This document shows, in pieces, positions 1 to 12,578 of a stretch of DNA of 64,000 bases. Position 1 is the first letter of the stretch. Each line of letters starts with the position of its first letter. The stretch spans positions 868,001 through 932,000 of the forward strand of contig LSRY02000038.1 of assembly GCA_001643675.2 (NCBI GenBank). Direction: 5' to 3'. Source of the stretch: Monocercomonoides exilis PA203 (Eukaryota; Protista; Preaxostyla). Under the pieces are notes generated by a model. The model ran no database searches, had not been told where the DNA came from, and saw nothing but the letters and a program-made list of their open reading frames with translations. The position numbers and the translations under genes are program-made.

Positions 1-69
1 GTTTTGCTTCATTGTTGATAATTTTGTTTAATGAAATAAAATAATATTTCTTTTGAAAAATTCCTTCAG

Positions 70-670
70 ATGAATAAAATATTCGCATCAACGGGAAAAA
101 GAAAAGACGATATTATCAAATACTTAGTGAGTGCTTTCATGTCAATTTCTACTCCGTCTCTAAATTCAGCTCCATCGAGCTATGCTCTTACTACTCCCTT
201 TCAAAACCACTGTATGAAAAAAATTGATTAATTTTCCTTTTTATACAATTTTATTAATTTTATCGTTATTAATTATAATATTTTTTTGGTGCAAATATCA
301 ATTATTTATATTTGTAACAATCTGTTATTTCTTTGATCTTATTCAAAACAAAAACAACCAATTCGTTCTTTTGATACAAAATTTTCACTATTTTCCATTT
401 TTTTTTTTTTTTTTTTCTTTCCATTTCTTATGAATACTTCAAATTTATTTTTAACACCACATATTTTTAACTCGTGTTTACTTAAACTCTTCCCCTTTTC
501 CCTCGTTCAGTTCAAGTTCTTCTTTCGTTGCTTTATCTATTCAATGCTACTGATTATCGCAGTTATGGAGGCGACAGCTTTCCACTTCATTGTCTCTCTC
601 CTTTGAAACAATTGCCATCATTGTCTTCCTCTTCTTCTACCCCTTCTCCTTCTTCTTCTTCTTCTTCTAT

Positions 671-703
<33 letters not shown>

Positions 704-1864
704 TTCTTCCTCATCATCTTCTTCTTCATTACAACTTCCCCCAACTTTATCCTCCACACAGAAAGATCGCTTTCCTTCTTCTTTTTTCTCTTCTTCTTCT
801 TCTTCTTCTTCTTCTGAACAGCTTCGTCCTTCTTCCTCTTCTGCTGTGTCTGACACTTCTTCTCGTATTGCTTCCTTCTTCTCTTCCTTCTCTCACTCTA
901 ATTCTTCTTCCTCCTCCTCCTCCTCTTCTTCTTCTTCTTCTTCCACTTACCAACACCCCAGAATTCAATCTGTGAATGTTTCCTCTTCTTTCCCTTCTTC
1001 CTCTTCTTCTTCTATTTTAGCTGCGAGTTCTCCTCTTCTTATTTTGGAGCGGCAGAACGGAATATCCGCAAGTGAAGGGGCGTTGCTTTCTGCCGGCAAA
1101 GATTGGATGGATTCTCCTTTCTATTTGGCGAGTGAGAAATGGAAGAAGAAGAAAGAAGAGGAGAAGAGGAAGAAGAAAGAGAACGATGAGAGAGAAAGAG
1201 AAAGAGAAAATGGAGAAAGAGAAGAATTATCCAATGAAATCATTCAAATGCATCAAACATCAATAACGTCATCATCATCATCATCATCATCATCAATTTC
1301 TTCTTCTTCTTATTCCTTTCCGCTTCTTCTTCCCCCTCCTCTTCTCGTTGAGCTTTCCTCCTCCACTCATCTTCACCGCCTGATTCTCCAACACAAGCAA
1401 ACCTTTGCCACTTCTTTATTCCAGCATCTCTCCGACCTCACCCTCCTCCCTTCTTTCTCTGAAAAAGCACCCATTTTATTCTTCCTCCTTTTCTCTGTCC
1501 TTCTCACCCGCGGTGGCTGTGGCATGCAAAAAGAGCTTCTTTTGCTTCTTTCTCGCTCTGAGCACTTGGCTGTGCAGACACAGCCTGTTGGAGGGTTTAT
1601 GGAGAGGGCGATGGCGAAGGTGAAGAATGAGGTTGGTGTGTGTGGCGCTGTGTGGGCAGAGGAAGGGTGGAAGAAGGCGTGGGAGGAAGGAGGAGGAGAG
1701 ATTTGCTGGAGATTGGGGGGGGAAGAGGATGAGGAAGGAGAAAGAGAGGAAGAGGAAGAAGAGGAGGAGGATGAAGGAGATGAATTTAGTGATGATGATA
1801 GTTTTCTATTCACAGAATATGAACAAACACCTCATAACATTTCTTTTTCTTCTTCTTCTTCTCA

Positions 1865-1897
<33 letters not shown>

Positions 1898-4800
1898 TTT
1901 CCCCTTCCCTGCACCCCCACCCCACTCCTCCCCGTTAATCTCCTCCATCCCCTTGTTAGCTTCTCCCTTTGTCCAGACACACCCTCTTCTGTCCCTCCTG
2001 CTTCTGAATGCTCCTCAAAGAATGCAGCCAAACAGACAGCCAGATGTGGCAGTGCGAATGGCATCGTTTGTGGCAGAGGTGATTGGGACTGTGGTGAGGG
2101 AGGGGTTTGGGATGGAGGAGAAGGAGGAGAAGGAGGAGAGGAAAGAGAAAGAGGAGAAAGAGAAGAAGGAAGATGAGTTTGAATATGAGTTGGATGAAGA
2201 AGACAAGATTGAGTGGGAAGAGCTTGGATATGGATTAAGTGAAAGTGAAGATGATGAAGCTGAAGAGGAAGCGAAAGGAAACAAAAAAGGAGGAGAAGAA
2301 GAAGAAACAAACCAGTTTAATTCCCATCATCCTCCTCATCATAATCATTGTCAACAACAACCCTCTCACAAATACCCCATCCATCCATCATCCTCCGTTC
2401 TCTCTCCTTCTTCCTTGTCATATGTGGCTGGCTGTGCAATGTGCTTGTCTTGTCTGAGTGCTGTCTGTTTTGGCAATGAAATCGCAAAGATTCTCTCCAC
2501 ACCTGCTGCTGTGTGGGAGAAAGAGGAGAGAGAGAGGAGGGTGTGGGCAATGGAGAAGAGGAGGAAGAGGAAGGAAAAAGAAGAGAAGGAGGAGAAGGAG
2601 AAAGATAAAGATTCTAAATTACCAATAAATGCATCATCATCTTCTTCTTCCTCTTCCTCTTCCTCTTCTTCCTTTCCTTCTCCTTCTTCCTATTCCAACC
2701 CCTTTTCCTCCATCTCTTCCTCTGCTGACCAGCCATGTGATGAGTGCCATCTTCATTCTCCTCTAATTTCCTCTGAAAAGACAGCAAAACCGCCTCTTTT
2801 GCAGCGCAGGGCGGTTGTTGAGTGGCTGTGGAAGGTGAAGGAGAAAGGGGAGAGGACATATAGAAGGGTGATGAAGAAGTGGGAGAGATTGAGAAAGGAG
2901 GAGGAAGGAGAAGAAGGAGAAAGAAGAAGAAAGGGAATAAGAAGAAGAGGAAAAGGAAAAGGAAATAAAAATGAAAATTCTTCTTCTTCCTCTTCTTCTC
3001 TCTATCTCAGCAGCACCCCTCCTCTTCCTCTTCCCTTCCATCCATCTTCTCTTTCTCGTCGGGATCTTCTTCCGTTCCTTCTTTCTTCAGACAACATCAG
3101 CACCCTTGTGAAAGTGATGGAGACTATTCTTGTGGCAAAGAAGAAAGCAAATGAAAAATGGAGGGAGAAGATGGAGAAGAAGAGGAAGATGAGAGAAGAG
3201 AAAAAAGAGGAAGAGAAGAATATGAAAGATATTGAAAATAGAAAAGAAATTAAAAAAGTTGTAGAAGAAAAAGAGGAAGATGATGATGATGGTCCAACTT
3301 TGTTTGCAACAGGAACAAATGGAGAAGAAATTGCAATAGAAACACAAAAGCAAAGAATGGAAGAGAAGAAGAAGAATGAAATTAATACAGAAATGAATTC
3401 TTCATCTAATTCTTCCGCTTCTTCTTCTTCTTCTTCTTCTTCTTCTTCTTCTTCCTCTCTTTTCCCCTTCTCCTCTTCAGAAACCCCTCTTCTTCTGATC
3501 GGAAGTGATGCAGAGATCCACAAAGCAGCCAATGTTATGCTGCATTTCTTCACTTCTCACCCAACACTGATGGAAGATGCAAATATTGTCTGGTATTTCA
3601 TTCCTGCTAACGATGGGGGTGGGCTGGCAAATGCTGCTGTTGCTTCTTCTTCTTCTTCTTATTCTTATTCTAATTCTTCTTCTGCATCTAATTCTAATAA
3701 TTCTTCTAATTCTCCAGCTTCTTCTTCTCCTTCTACACAATCTCCTTCATCTTCCTCTTCCCCTCCTCCTTCATCCATATCTTCTTCTTCTTCTTCTTCC
3801 CTTTCCTCTTCATCTTCCTCTTCTTCCTCTTCTTCCTCTTCCATCTCCTCCCATTTCCTCTCTTCTCCCTCTCAGCGCATCGCCAGCTATCTCTCCAATA
3901 GAGACATGTTGTATCATCATCTCGTCTACCTTCCCTTCACCACTCAGCAGGGAATCATATGCCCTGTCATGAAGATGAACAACAACGAATTCGTTCTCGA
4001 CACTTTTGACATGAATTTTGACAGGAAATTTGACATGAATGTAAAAAAATTTGACAAAAATGACATGTCAAAATGCGGAATTATTTCTGCCCGCTCACCG
4101 ATTCCGGCGCCTGCATCACCCATCATTCCTTCTCCTTTCTCTCATTCAGTATCTTCATCTAATGTTGCTCATAGACGTGCTCCTTCTATGCCTGTTGCTC
4201 CATTGATGATGAATGATTCATTGGTTTCTAATAATAATAATAATAATAATAATAATTCATTGACCTCTTCTGCTTCTTCTTCTTCTTCTTCTGCTTCCTC
4301 CACTCAAGTAACTTCTCAACCTCCTCCTTATTCACCTTCTGCTCCTTCTTCCCCAAATTTTGCCAATCAAACGCCAACAACACCAACAACATCATCATTT
4401 ACAGCATCTTCTTCTTCCTCTTCTTCTTCCTCTTCTTCTCTTCCTCCTCCTCCCCCCACCTTCCCTCCCTCCTATCCATTCCCCTTCCGTCTTGCCATCA
4501 AGCAAGTCGTTGCCTCTGACCACTCAAACATCACGTTCCTCTCTTCTCCTTCGCCGTCGCCTGTGCAATTTGTGGATGAGGCTGTGCAGTTCTATTTGGC
4601 ACACGCAAAGGAAAGGATGTCGTTCAAGATGTGGATGGCGGAGTGGTGGAGAGAGGGAGAAAAGGGAGAAAAGGGAGAAAGAGAGAAGGAGAAAGAAAGA
4701 GAAAGAGAAAGAGAATTTATGAAGAATAAGATGGATATGATGAAAGAGAAGAAGAAGAGAGGGAGCGATGTGAGTGATGTTGTGCAGAAGGAAAGGGCGC

Positions 4801-5961
4801 AAACACTTCCTGTTCTGAAGCTATCTCAACCTCATCAAACTCATCAAACTCATCAAAATTCTTCTTCTTCTTCTTCTTCTCCATTTTCTTCTCTTTCTTC
4901 TTCAACATCTTCTTCTTCTTCTTCTTCCCTTTCTCCCCCTCCTCCTCCTCCTCTTCCCCCAACTCCATTAACCCCTCCTTCAATGGAGCATATGGATTTA
5001 TCTTCAAATTCTTCTTCTTCTTCTTCTTCTTCTTCTTCACAAAGATCCAATATTCGTTCTTCATCTCTTTCTGAATCCAATGATGCTACCCTTATCCCTA
5101 ATACAGCTATATCAAGTAATAACAATACAAATAATAATAATAATAATAATTCTATTAATTCTTCATTGAATTCTTCTTCTTCTCTTCCTCCCTCGTCTGA
5201 AGTGGCTAAAAGACCTCATCCTCTTCTTCTGCAGCTTTTAAAGAAGGAAAACGTAAGCGCTGATAAGGTGAAGAATTATTGCTTAGATAATTCTTCTTCT
5301 TCTATTTCTTCTTCTTCTTCTTCTTCTTCTTCTTCTCTTTCTTCTTCTTCCTCTTCCTCTTCTTCCTCATCTTCTTCTTCATTTACTCCTTATCTTCTCA
5401 ACAATTCGTCAACTCTTCCGTTTTCTCCTCTTCCTCGCCCTCAAAAGACTTATGTTGCTTCTTCTTCTTCTTCTTCTTCTTCTTCTTCTTCTTCTTCTTC
5501 ACCTCCTCCTCCTCTTCCTCCTCTTCCAGTTACCCTTCCTCATTCTATCAAAAACATTATTTCTTCTTCTCCTTCATTTTCTTCTTCATTTTCTTTTCCT
5601 TCTTCTTCTTCCTCTTCTTCTTCTTCTCTTTCTTCTTCTTCTTCTACCATCAGATCCAAAGCCTCCTTCCTCTCTCAGTTAGTGATATCTGCCAATGGAG
5701 TGGATGCAAACACGAAATATTCTCTTTTGAGCTCAAAAAAGCAGATAAAGGGAATAAACTCGATGAGATTGAGATTGACATTCTTGGAGGTTTGTTAGAG
5801 AGAGAGAGAAAGAGAAGGAGAGAGAGAAAGAGAGAAAGAGAGAAAGAGAGAAAGAAATGAACAAAGAAAGAATAAAGGATTGATAAGTTTATTATTATTT
5901 TATTAAGTTTAATTTTATATGTTTTTTTTTTACGTTTTCTAATCTTTTTTTTTCTTTTTTT

Positions 5962-5996
<35 letters not shown>

Positions 5997-7565
5997 CTTT
6001 TTTTTTCTTTTTTCTATTATACTCTATATAATATCATTATCTTTTTTTATTTTCTTATTTATTTTTCCTTCTCCCCACCCCTCACTCTTTCTCTTCTTCT
6101 TCTTTCTTTCTTTCTTCTTTCTTTCTTTCTTCTTCTTCCTCTCTCCCCTTTCTTTTCCCTTCTTCAGCTCCACACCGATGGTTCCCCTCATTCCGAAGTG
6201 ACAGATGTGGTTGTAGAGAGCTGTTTCTATCTGTCAGCCACTGCCATCTCTCACCACACAGACATCGGCAGTGCTGTGTGTGGGGGGAGAGCAAGAGAGA
6301 AGAGAAGGAGAGGAGGAGGAGGAGGAGGAGGAAGAAGAGGAATAGAAAAGGAGATGGAGAAGGAAGGGAAGGAGAAAGAAGAAGAAGAAGAAGAAAGGAA
6401 AGGAAAGAAAACAATATACTCACAAAATAATAGATCTTCTTCTTCTTCTTCTCTTTCTCTCAATCTCCGTTCTGAAGCCTTCCAATCATCTTCTTCCTCT
6501 TCCTCTTCTTCTTCTTCTTCATTAGCAGTAGAATCATCATCGGGTGAAGACACACCCATCCTCCAGCTCTCCCTCATCACAGAAGAAGGCAGATATTTCG
6601 ATGTGTTCCACAAAAGAAGAGGCAAAATGCAAAGTGTAAATGTTTGTGAAGGAGAAGAGGGGTACGAAGAAAGAAGAACAACTTCTTCTTCTTCTTCTTC
6701 TTCAAATTCTTCAAATTCTTCTTCTATTTCATCTTCTTCTCCTTCTTCTTCACCTCCTTCTTCTTCAATTTCTTCATCATCATCTTCCTCTTCTTCCTCT
6801 TCTCCTGTTCCTTCTTCTCCTTCTTCTCGTTCTGGCTCTGTTTGTTCTTCTTCTGGTCACACCCCAAATCTTCCTTCTTCTTCTTCTTCTTCTTCTTCTT
6901 CTTCTTCTTCTTCTTCTTCTTCAAATTCTTCCTCTTCTCCACCTCCTGGAAATATCAATGTAATTAACTCTTCATCCTCCTCCTCTTCCTCCTCTTCTTC
7001 TTCTTCGTCGTCGTCGTCTTCTTCTTCCTCCTCCTCCTCCTCCTCCTCCTCCTCTTCCAATCCATTTTCTGGTCTCCCAGTGCTGAGTATGTTTAGAGTC
7101 GTCAATCTTTCCATCCAGACACTCACTGACGAAGAATACGACAGTCTTAAAAGAGAAGCTAAGAGAAATAAGAAGAAGAATAAAGATAAAGATGATGATG
7201 ACGACGACGAATGTGGCAATAATAATAATAACAAATCAAATTCAATTTCTTCTTCTTCTTCTTCTTCTTCTTCAGAACCAATTGAGAAAACTGCATCTGA
7301 TACTCAAAATTCAGTTTCTTCCTCTTCTTCTTCTTCTTCTTCTTCTTCCCCTCCTCCTCCTTCAATGTCCTCCTCATCATCATCATCTTCTTCTTCTTCT
7401 TCTTCTTCCTCTTCTCCCTCTTCTTCTTCTCCTCGTAGCACATTCTATTTCCTCCTTGACAATCAAAGCTATGGCCCTTGCCACAAACTGCGTCTGTCTC
7501 TCTTTCAGCCACAAAGCACAAGAATCGACCCCACTTTCACTTTTGCCAAGTTTTTGCCGGTTTAA
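70..7565 (+). CDS. Large Ser/Glu-rich protein with a PI3K class IB regulatory subunit (p101/p87, PIK3R5/6-like) or PACS-like core; multi-exon, may begin upstream of the window
   Basis: Exons 70-211, 511-5789 and 6168-7565 join in frame across GT..AG introns 212-510 and 5790-6167. Globular islands LLLIGSDAEIHKAA..IVWYFIP, RIASYLSNRDMLY, VDEAVQFYLAHAK..FKMW and FYFLLDNQSYGPC resemble the order and pattern of p101-family blocks, recalled from memory. Bases 1-69 look like an intron ending in CAG. Confidence 0.45.
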
Positions 7566-7610
7566 TTGAAGAGAAATGAGAAGGAAAAGAAAGAAATGTG
7601 AAGGAAATCA

Positions 7611-7880
7611 AAGGAAAATTGAAGGAAAATTGAAGGAAAATTGAAGAAAATGAAAAGAAAATAGAAGGAAATCAAAGGAAATCAAAGGAAATCAAAGAAA
7701 AAAGAAGAAAAAGGAAGGAAATAGAAGAAAATGGAAAGGAATGGAATGGAACATGAAGAAGTTTTAAAGAAAATATATTGAATCGCTTTTATTTTTCTAT
7801 CTATCTGTCTTTCTCTTTTTCCTTCTCTTTTTCCTTCTCTTTTTCCTTCTCTTTTTCCTTCTCTTTTTCCTTCTCTTTTT
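7611..7880. repeat. Short tandem repeats downstream of the first gene
   Basis: About 3 copies of GAAGGAAAATT, 3 of AAGGAAATCA and 6 of TTCTCTTTTTCC, read directly. Confidence 0.75.
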
Positions 7881-8888
7881 CTGTTTCCTTTAACCTATCT
7901 CTGAATCTATCTTTCAATTTGTGTGTGTTCAAATAAAGAAAATAAATTTGATTGTATTGTTTATAACTTTTTCTTCTTTATCTTTATTTTATTCTTATTT
8001 TATTCATTTTCATTCATTTTTATTCATTTTTATTCATTTTTATTCGAATTATTTGAATGGATGAATGAATGAATAAGTGCAGAACTGTCAAGAGAAGAAA
8101 TTGTTTTTATAATAATTGATTTTATTTTCATCATATTTTCTTTTTTTTTTTTTTCTTATTTTACCTATATTTATTTTATTTATTTATTTATTTATTGTTA
8201 ACTTTTTATTTTTAATTTATTTAATTATTTTTGATGATGCGTTGTTTGATTTATTTGTTGGTTCGTTGATTAACCAGCTGACTGACTTATTGATTGATTG
8301 ATTGATTTGATTGATTAATTGATTGAGCAGCTTTTAATTTTTGATTTTCTGATTTTTTATTTTTATTTTATTTTATTTTATTTTTCTTGAATTGTTAAAC
8401 AATTTAATTTTGATATTTAAGCCCCGGTATCACACATTATTATACTGGCATTTTAAATATCTTTTATTTATTGTGAAAGTATTTGATATTGTTCTGGTTT
8501 CTTTCTGATTTCAATCTCAAATTATAACTTTTTCTCAAAGTAGTTGTTTTTGTTTAATCTGTTTTTCATCCATTGTTTTTGATATGGCTACTTCTTTTCT
8601 TTTCTTTTTGAATTACACTTTTTAATGGTTCATTTCTCATGATGCATTTGATCTTTGTATGAATTATCTAATAAATCTTGTTTTGTGAAATTAAGGAAGC
8701 TTTGCTTTGAGCAAGCGATGTTTTACGTTTGCATATTTTTTTTTTTTTACAAAAATTGCTGTTAAGTTGTTAAAAATTAGTTTGAACAAAAATACTCAAC
8801 ATTCAAAAGGATAAAAAGAAATGAAAGAAGGTATTTATCTATTCACACTTAAAAATGGAAAATGAAAATTATGTTAAATCTATGGACA

Positions 8889-9503
8889 TTACTGATCATA
8901 TCCAAGAAGATCAAACATTAATTGATCTTCTTCAGATGGTGAAAGAGAGGATCTCTCTTCCCATGATGGTAGTTGAGGAGCATATGCAAAATCATCTTCG
9001 GTCGGAATCTTCAATTTCTTTACAAAATTCCAAGCTTTTTTTGCATGAGTCGTTGTTCTAAAGGAACTTTTATATTTGAACATCAAATATCCGTTTTTAT
9101 TGAAAACATATGTCGATCGGGGTTTTGTCTTAAATGGACCGTAAGGAACCTCCCAGGACGCAGCAACAGAGAAATCTGGATCTGCAAGAAGAGAAAATGA
9201 AATATTGTTTTCATTTGCAAAGTTGTGTTGATTTTCAGCTGTATCTCCAGTTATAGCCACGACTGTTGCTTTATGTTTTTCAAATTTTGAAACACGTTTC
9301 TGAAATGCTTTGGCTTCTTTTTTGCACGCGCCTAAAGAATTCCTTGAACAAAAATAAACAACAATAGGGCCATTTCCTTTGAAAGATGAAAAAGATGTTT
9401 CAGTATTATTTTGATTGAAAAGGGAAAAGTCCGGAGCAGGATCAGCAATCTCCAAACAGAAATTGTTTGTGAAGTGCAGTAACACAGCAAATAATGCAAT
9501 CAT
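8889..9503 (-). CDS. BCP/PrxQ-type peroxiredoxin (AhpC/TSA fold) with atypical active site and probable signal peptide
   Basis: APDFSLFNQNN..PIVVYF..GACKKEA..VVAITGD..FSLLADPD..PRSTYVFNKNG matches the BCP/PrxQ pattern. Likely start is MIALFAVLLHF at 9503; the ORF extends to 9590. Confidence 0.8.
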   Translation of the reverse strand: MIALFAVLLHFTNNFCLEIADPAPDFSLFNQNNTETSFSSFKGNGPIVVYFCSRNSLGACKKEAKAFQKRVSKFEKHKATVVAITGDTAENQHNFANENNISFSLLADPDFSVAASWEVPYGPFKTKPRSTYVFNKNGYLMFKYKSSFRTTTHAKKAWNFVKKLKIPTEDDFAYAPQLPSWEERSSLSPSEEDQLMFDLLGYDQ

Positions 9504-9849
9504 GCAATTGATGCTTCGATAATGTTCACTTCCGCAAAATGCATTCGCTACGAAAGTATTCCATTTTAGTAGATCATTCTTGAAAACCATTATCAGAAGA
9601 TTTCTGTATTGGGCGGGGTAATTATTTCAAAGAAATAAAAAGAGGCCAACGCATTTTTATTTAATATTAAATCAAAATGCGATATGTAATTGTAAGAAGA
9701 GAAAAACACAATCAATAAATTTTAGAGGAAGAAATGTTCATAATTATTATTGTTGAAACATTCCAAATGAAGAAACAGAATAAATAAAATACTTTTCATA
9801 ATAACAATGAATTTCATCAGTAAAATAAAATTTTATAAAATATTAACTC

Positions 9850-10483
9850 TCAAATTCCGCCATCTCCTTGGAATGTTGGAACAAGAACACCTTCTTCTCT
9901 CTCTTTCAGTTCATGGGCATCTAAATTAATAAAAATAAAATAATTTTAAAAAATAATGCAAATAAATTTCTAATTGCAACAATATGCAAACCTTGCCAAA
10001 TTAAGCAAGGACCGCAAAACCAACTCATTAGAAATGTTGTCATTGTATTTATTGGTATGCGAAAACGTTCTGCAACGCTCTTGTGCAAAGAATATTCGCA
10101 ACACATCATGCAAAAGGTGGATGTGAAACAATTATCGAATGTGATTGATGGCTGTTGATGAAATCTTTTTCTATTCTCCATTAATTGATAAAAAGGAAAA
10201 ATGCATCCAAGCACTGAATAATTCATTCAATACAAAATAATATAACAAATTTGGAAGGTATAATCATATTAAAAGCAAATTGAATGCAAAAAAGAAGCGA
10301 ACCTCCTACTGATTTACAGACAGTACCAAAAGAAAAAGGGGTAGAATGCCAAAATGTGCCTTGGCTTGATGAACCACCCTGATTTTGAAGTGGTGACCTA
10401 TAAATATAAATTTTTGATATAACTTAAACAGAAAAAATAAATGTATACTGCTCGCTGTATCGTGTATCATCCGAAAAATCCAT
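9850..10483 (-). CDS. PLAC8 family Cys-rich membrane protein, multi-exon
   Basis: Contains FWHSTPFSF, GCIFPFYQL and CMMCCEYSLHKSVAERFRIP. The spliced C-terminus reads WFCGPCLIWQDAHELK, matching PLAC8 CxxCxxxQxxxEL. Stop TGA at 9850-9852. Confidence 0.8.
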
Positions 10484-10714
10484 GTGACGCGAAGTTCAGT
10501 CTTTGATCAAGAACGCCCAATTTTACGAACAAAATACTCTCGTTTTTTTGTGAAAAAAACAAAAAAATAACATAGTTGAAAATAAAATGTGATTTATACA
10601 GTAATATGATGTCTACGAAAATTTCAAAACAATTAATTACGATCATCTTCTCTATGTAATATGGTTATGTAATTTCTAAAAAATGGGTACAATTGGAATT
10701 TTGTGATCGTCATT

Positions 10715-12173
10715 ATGCCAAAAGACACCAAGACTCAAACACCGAAAAAACAAAAGCAAGAACAGCCAAAAACACCTGCAAAGCAAACAAAAGAGAAGAA
10801 AACTAAAAAGGAGGAGAAACTTGAAGAAGAATTGAACAACAAAAAAACAAAGACACCAAAGAAGGAACTAAAACCACAAAAAGAGGAACCAGAAGACAGC
10901 GACTCTGATGAGAGTGGATCTGAATCTTCATCTTCAGAAGAAGTTCCAAAAAAAACAACTACAAAGAAAAGTCAAGTCACACAAGTTGCTTCTGTGAAGA
11001 CTCCTTCTTCAAAGAGAGCAAAGAAAGACAGTGACGAAGAGGAAGACAGCGATGATGATAGTGATTCATCTGATGAATCTGAAAGTGAGGAAGAAAAGGC
11101 AAAACCAGCAAAAAAGGAAAACAAAAAGCAAGCTGCTAAAAAAGAAAGTGAAAGCGAGAGTGATAGTGATAGTGATAGTGATAGTGAAAGTGATAGCGAC
11201 AGCGACAGTGACAGTGATGAAGATGAGAAAAGTGATGAAAAATCTGAAGAATCATCAAAGAAATCCATTGAAGAAGAACCATCTGAATCACCTGCACCAT
11301 CCCCTGAACCAAAAGATAATGCCTCAGATGTTCCCAAAACTATTTCATATTTCAATTTGCCTTTTACCGTTACTGAGGAAGAATTTGAGGAATATGCCAA
11401 ATCATTTGGTGAAGTTGAGTTTGAGATTGATTTTATAAACATTTTTGTAAATTTATTCATTTATTTTTGATTGTTGTTTATTTAGATCATGCAAATTGGG
11501 TTATTTAGATGATGGACGTATGAGTGGATCTGCTGATGTTGTTTATGTTACATCTGAAGGAGCTCAAAATGCTCTCAATGCATCTGGAAATGAGTTAAAA
11601 GGAAGAGCAGTATATATCAGAGTTACAGGAACATCACGGGAGAGAAGTGGACCAAGAAGAGAAGGAGGCGGATTTGAACGAAGAGGCAGAGGAAGAGATG
11701 GAGGAGCGAACAGATCTGGTTTCAATCGTGAAGAGAGACCTTTGAGCGAGCCATCAAATACTCTGTTTGTTGCCAATATGTCTTTTGATTCCAACCAGGA
11801 CAGCTTGTATGATGCTTTCAAGGATTTCGAGCCAACAAGCACCAGAATCATCAATGACAGAGAGACAGGTAGACCGAAGGGCTATGGCTATGTTGAATTT
11901 GCAACAATTGATCAAGCCAAAGAAGCTCTTGACAACATGAAAGGAATGGAACTTGATGGAAGAAGAGTTCGTCTTGACTTTGCAAGTCCCAGACCAGAAG
12001 GAGGAAACGGTGGAAACAGAGGAGGATTTAGAGGAGGAGATAGACAGAGAAGAGGAGGTGGTGGAGGAAGAGGACGCGGGTTTGGTGGAAGAGGACGTGG
12101 ATTTGGCGGAAGAGGTGGAAGAGGAGGAGATAGTGGAGAAACCGGAAAAAGGGAAACATTTGGAGATGAGTAA
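10715..12173 (+). CDS. NSR1: Nucleolin/Nsr1/Gar2-like nucleolar RNA-binding protein
   Basis: Lys-rich and acidic Ser/Asp/Glu N-terminus, two RRMs (TLFVANMSF, RPKGYGYVEF) and a C-terminal RGG/GAR tail. One short intron at about 11419-11485. Confidence 0.85.
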
Positions 12174-12521
12174 AATGTTTGAGAAACTTACAATTTTATG
12201 AGCAATAAGAATGTATTTATTCTTTTTACATATGAAGCAAATAGAAATTTTGGAGTCTACAAATCACAGAATCCAATTTTTTTGCATGCTTCGTTCATTT
12301 CATCATTCACTTCAAAGTGTTTGAACAAATGAATGATAAAGCTTTTAATGTGTTATCCATTTCTTATTAATAACATATATGCTATTTATAATTTTAATTA
12401 CGAATAATTGGGTTTTGTTTTCTTTTTAAACAGAAATTAAAAAAAAAAAAAAAGATTTTTAAACTCCACAGAAGAATATAAAAGGAAACTAGTTTTCAGA
12501 TTTGCCTTTTCCTAATCATCT

Positions 12522-12522
<1 letters not shown>

Positions 12523-12577
<55 letters not shown>
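12523..12577. repeat. Poly(T) tract of about 55 nt; other long homopolymers near 5964, 14498, 23859, 26236 and 56325
   Basis: Direct reading. Confidence 0.85.
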
Positions 12578-12578
<1 letters not shown>

